Below the pieces are notes generated by a model. It saw only the letters and a list, made by a program, of their open reading frames with translations. It was not told the DNA's origin and did no database searches. Position numbers and translations under genes: made by a program. 64,000 bases of DNA. Source: Saccostrea echinata (Eukaryota). This document shows positions 59,901 to 64,000 of this stretch, in pieces. Positions within the stretch are counted from its first letter, which is position 1; each line of letters opens with the position of its first letter. Location of the stretch: positions 20,274,001 to 20,338,000 of the forward strand of contig NW_026889779.1 in the NCBI RefSeq assembly GCF_033153115.1. Reading direction: 5' to 3'.

Positions 59901-61938
59901 GGTGAGCTTCGTAATCTTTGATTACCTATGTTTGAAAATAGAATTTGAATAATTTGAAAATGAATTCTTTTTACTAGGAATTATGGCTTAGGTGATACAC
60001 AGTGTAAAATAGATGTCAAAACTTTGAAGCACCAGAAGAGTGAATACACTCTAACTGTCGGAAAACACTCTGTTACGGTAATGAAAAGTCTTTTCTTATT
60101 TGTTCAGAGCATTTGTCTTAAGTACTAGACATATATGCATTTGCTTTTCTTCCAGGTTGTGTGTAAAAATAAAAGAGAAGGCAAGCAGAGTGCTGCTCAA
60201 GCTATGTTAAAGGTAAGTGTCTTGGATTTAATATTACTCCAAGTACCACTTTTCCAAACTTCAGTTTATTGAAATTTTATGTATATGTATTCAGTTAATT
60301 CATTTGAGGAATATGTTCTATCTGAAATTATGTAATCTTGCCTGATAGTTTTTAACTGACATTTTCAAGGAAGAAATTAGGGAGGGATACATTATTGCAG
60401 CTTTGTATGTTTCTTTATAAAGAACAATTGTCTTCTTAATTTTTATGCCCCCTAGAAAAATGGAGCATATTGCTTTGCACCTGATGGTCAGTTGGTATGT
60501 CGGTAAACCAAGTGTTGTCTGCTTCAGTATTTTGAGAACTCTTTGCTTGACAGAATCAAACTTGATATACTGGTACCCACTGAAGAGTAGATTACCTCCA
60601 CTTATTTTGAAGTCACAAATTCAATGGTCACAGTACTCTAGACATAGGACGATCTTGCCTGTTCAATATCTTGAAAACCAGTTCCTTGACGGACATCAAA
60701 CTTGGTACATTGGTTCCCGTTAAGGACTAGGTGACTTCTATTGATTTTGAGATCACAAGATTTGGTCAAGGGTCAGATTTGTCAAAGTCAGGGGTCAAAT
60801 GGAACATGCAAAGTTATTGACCCCTCAATAATTTTAGAACCCTTTACTAGAAGACACCAAAACTTAGTACACTGATTAGATGAACACAATAGATTTTGAG
60901 GTCAAAGGTCAAGGGTAAAACTGAACATAGGAATATATTGACCACTCAATATCTACACAGCCTTGGTCAGGCCAGGTCACCTTATGGGCCAGGTCTCAGG
61001 TCCTTATTTCACTATGTTGACCTCAAAAGGGGTAATTAATTGTATATTAGGTCATAGGGTCAAGGGTCAAAGTAAACAGAGGAAAATATTCACCACTCTA
61101 TATCTTGAGAACCCCTTACTAGACAGACATCAAAACTTGGTACACTGGTTTTTCCTTAGAAGTAGTTGGCCACTACAGGTTTTGAGATCAGAAGGTAAAG
61201 GGTCAAACTACTCTAGACATTCTTTGCTCAATATATTGAGAACACTTTGCTTGGCAAGCATCAAACTTGGTACATTGGTTCCCCTTAAGGAGAATGTAAC
61301 TTCTATTGGTTTTGAGGTTCCAAGATCAAAGGTCAAGGGTCAAACTGGACATAGGAAGATATTGACTGCTCAGTATCTTAACAACCCTTTGCTTGACAGT
61401 CATCAAATTTGGTAGACTGATTCCCCCTTTGGAGAAGATTATGCCTGTTGATTTTTGATGTCACAAGCTCATAGGTTAAGGGGGGGGGGGGGGGTTAAAC
61501 AACATAGACACTAGACATAGGAAGATATTGTCAGCTCAGTTTCTTGAGAACCTTTTGATTTACAGACATTAATTTTGGTACACTCTAAGAAGTATATTAC
61601 CCCCAAATGATATTCAGGCCTAATAGAGATCAAAATTACTGTTATATTTGCCCTGACTAGAAGATGGCCAATTCATTTCACTTTCATTACCGACATTCTA
61701 AAATTGAAGTTAAAATTCCCATAGAAGGTAGGGGATATATTTTTCTTTAAACATTCCTTTTTTTTTTTATAAGAACAGATTTAGAAAAAGAACATAATTA
61801 GAAACATTTTCTAGTTTTGTAAATGTGTGTTAATTGATATTTTTTTCTTTACAGCAACTTCACCCACATATCTACAGTCTTGGTGCTCTATTGAGGTTGT
61901 ATGGAAGGTCTTCTTGGAAAAGTGTCAAGGAGAAAAAG
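49164..61938 (+). CDS. DGCR8: Microprocessor complex subunit DGCR8/Pasha (3'-incomplete in window, 717 codons seen)
   Basis: Exons 49164-50100, 50526-50668, 50831-50966, 53135-53245, 53514-53583, 55391-55451, 55701-55770, 55858-55959, 56190-56288, 56399-56478, 56583-56683, 59978-60077, 60156-60212, 61855-61938. WW/Rhed motif [48 protein letters not shown], dsRBD1 [11 protein letters not shown], dsRBD2 [18 protein letters not shown]. Confidence 0.95.
51059..52838 (+). mobile_element. HINE carrying a ~166-bp (Cg170/HindIII-like) satellite array
   Basis: tagctcacctgagc...gctcaagtgagc 5' end, (GTC)n tract, tandem ~166-bp units, gctcaggtgagc plus ggcccatgggcc 3' palindrome. Confidence 0.9.
52235..52469. 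mobile_element. hAT-like MITE nested in the satellite array
   Basis: cagtggcggatccagg ... cctggatctgtctttg interrupts one satellite unit. Confidence 0.6.
53654..55236. mobile_element. Non-autonomous Kolobok-like element
   Basis: TTAA|ggtattaggggtgtaa ... ttacacctctaatacc|TTAA. Confidence 0.85.
56777..58282 (+). mobile_element. HINE with homogeneous 165-166-bp satellite array
   Basis: Marker atgacccc at 57116, 57281, 57447, 57612, 57777, 57943 and 58100; same termini as 51059-52838. Confidence 0.92.
58283..59930 (+). mobile_element. HINE with 146-bp tandem array (about 10 units)
   Basis: agctcacctcgacga / tcgtcgaggtgagct subterminal inverted repeat, (GGCGTC)n tract, marker ccaggttaaag at 58506, 58652, 58798 and onward, gtaatc-ttt-gattac 3' hairpin. 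Confidence 0.92.
60440..61750 (+). mobile_element. Older HINE-like element with diverged ~125-bp units
   Basis: ttttatgcccc...gagcatat 5' end; repeated tcaaacttggtaca and ggtcaagggtca motifs. Confidence 0.7.
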
Positions 61939-62109
61939 GTCAGTGTATTTTAATGTCACTAATGTGTTTGTTACTTTGTAGTGTAAAGGTATTTTGTAAT
62001 TACATGTACAGTTGATCTTTAGTATGTGAACATCGATATCTAGAATACCATGGATATGTGGAAGTGATTTGGAAGTCCAAAGCACTTTTCAGCGTACCAG
62101 AGGTACAGG

Positions 62110-62695
62110 TTCAATTAAGTGAGCTTTTCTGATCTAAAAGTGTGTCTATCTGTCTGTCCATCTGTCTATTGTGCACAATAGGCGATCAAAGTTTTACATA
62201 GGAATATAAAGGAAAAAATCTTAAAAATCTTCTTTTCAAGAACAGCAAAGTCCTGATAAGTCATATTTATATTGTTATATGGAAGCATCCTCAGGTAGTG
62301 CAGATTCAAGTTTTATTTCAAATCATGAATACTTATGTGAAAGCTTCCAGATAGATTCTAAATTGTTCAAATCTTGGCCCCCAGAGTTAGGATGTGGCCA
62401 CAACAGGGGATCAATGTTTAACATTCGAATATATTGGAACAAATCTTTAAAAATCTTCTTAAGAACAACTGTACAAGAAAAATGAAACTTTTTGAAAGCT
62501 TCCTGACATGATGTAGATTTTAAATTGTTCAAATCATGGCCCTCGGGGGACACAATAAGAGATTAATGTTTTACATCGAACTATATGAGAAAATTTTCAA
62601 ACCTCCTCATAAAAATCACAGTAGAACCAATAATTTGCAAATTCAGCAAGGCTAAAATTACTTGGGTGAGCTTTGTGGCTCATGGCCTCTTGTTT
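62110..62695 (+). mobile_element. Degenerate third copy of the 166-bp-satellite HINE
   Basis: aagtgagcttttctgatc, (TCTG)n, partial units, ggtgagc...catggcctcttgttt end. Confidence 0.75.
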
Positions 62696-63036
62696 TTCAG
62701 TCCCATCTAGTTTGAGATAACAAAATTGACTGTATGTACCAGTATCCTTGCCATAGATTGGCCTGAAGAGTTTAAAGTGTCTGATCTGGGACATTGAAAT
62801 GAATAAATGCATGTTAACATATAGTGAAAGGAAAAAGAAATGCATAACTAAATGATAAAAGAAACTATATTTACTGTGCAGCACAATGAGAGCCAAATAT
62901 AATTTTATGTAATATTTAACTTACAATTGTCATAAATCAAGGCAGATTATCAAATTAAAGGACATTTTAACTGTACAATTATTGACTTTTAGGGAGTAGG
63001 GTCAGAATTTTAAAATTCAAAATTTGGAAAGTTATA

Positions 63037-64000
63037 CAGTGGCGCCTCGTTTATCCGGACGCCTCTGTCCCCAACGAAATCGTCCGGATAAATGAATCGT
63101 CCGGATAATTGAATCACATCTCAAAAAGCACTCTCTAAGCATGTACATTGTATATATGCACATTCTTGTTTCAAATGTGACAGCAAAGAAAAAAACTTTT
63201 AAATTATATTTTGGTTTATTGTTTTAAAAGCAGTAACTGATTAAAGAAAAAAATATATTAAGATGTAATTTACACAATAAAAAAAAATGGATGGGCAATT
63301 TTATGCAGACCTCCTATTTTAATTCTTTGGCCTGTGACTTCATGGGCTGAGCAAATTTTGATCTACAGTTGTTTTATTTAGCCATATATTATAATTATTG
63401 AAGCTCATATGATATGACAGAACTGTTCAGCATCATCATTAAAAATGTTCAAATATAAACTAACCCCGTATATTCATTACACAGGGTTACTATAAAATTA
63501 ACTGCAAGCTTACTCAAACAAAGTATTAAAAACATTCGTAAACACAAGTCATCTTCATGATTATCAATATTTTTTTCTACAGACGCTAAGTTTGAATTTC
63601 GATCATTAAAAATACCTTGATAAACGTAATTAACTTCTGTACATAACGCCAGTTTTATATATCTTTTCTAAAGCAATGGACGTTTGTAAACGGTAGTACA
63701 TTAAATAGAGATATTTCTTCAGTTATGTACCTTTCTAAACTGTTTTGTGGGGAAAAAAGCGTTTCAAATACATTTACGTTTTTAGAAATGGAAAACAGTA
63801 TTTAAAACTAACGCAATCAACATGATAAAGAGCATTAAGAAATCGCTCGTTTTTTATTGTTCATTTTATTTACAACTCTCCAAAATTCTCATGAATTTAC
63901 TGATGTACATACGGTTAGCAATATGATTTTGAACAGATTATTATTTAATTAATGCACAGTGTAAGCTAAATATTAAAGATAAACGTGTGATTGAATTAGG
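63037..64000. mobile_element. Left end of a probable pogo/Tc1-like DNA element (right end not in window)
   Basis: TA|cagtggcgcctcgtttatccggac with repeated tccggataa subterminal motifs; extent uncertain. Confidence 0.5.

Noticed and set aside
60963-61415. 150-aa ORF in a DGCR8 intron (also 56777-57040 and 60445-60723)
   Set aside because: Lies in tandem-repeat elements; no recognisable domain.
51059-62695. Long-range dsRNA between the three 166-bp satellite elements in DGCR8 pre-mRNA
   Set aside because: All three copies are in the same orientation and cannot pair with each other.

Overview
AT-rich, intron-rich animal genomic DNA. The repeat families (a ~166-bp Cg170/HindIII-like satellite inside Helentron-type elements, a Penelope-like RT) point to an oyster-like bivalve, which is an inference. 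I reconstructed three spliced genes by hand from GT-AG junctions and reading-frame continuity: MRPL16 (minus strand, 4 exons, 246 aa), DEPDC5/IML1 (plus strand, GATOR1 subunit, ~37 exons, ~1563 aa, ATG only 115 bp from the MRPL16 ATG) and DGCR8/pasha (plus strand, 14 coding exons seen, continuing past the window end). Introns are full of non-autonomous DNA transposons (hAT-, Kolobok-, MULE- and mariner-like, Helentron/HINE with 146- and 166-bp arrays), a solo LTR and tRNA-derived SINE relics. Main observations: (1) a pri-miRNA-like hairpin (34-nt arms, mismatched GHG and CNNC motifs) and a second weaker hairpin just upstream of the DGCR8 start codon, a candidate molluscan Microprocessor autoregulatory switch overlapping a candidate 3' splice site; (2) recurrent tandem repeats that copy exon-intron junctions themselves (about 22 donor copies in MRPL16, 10 AG|GT acceptor copies in DEPDC5, three further cases); (3) candidate hidden alternative exons in DEPDC5. 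All homology calls are from recall of known protein families, not from database searches.
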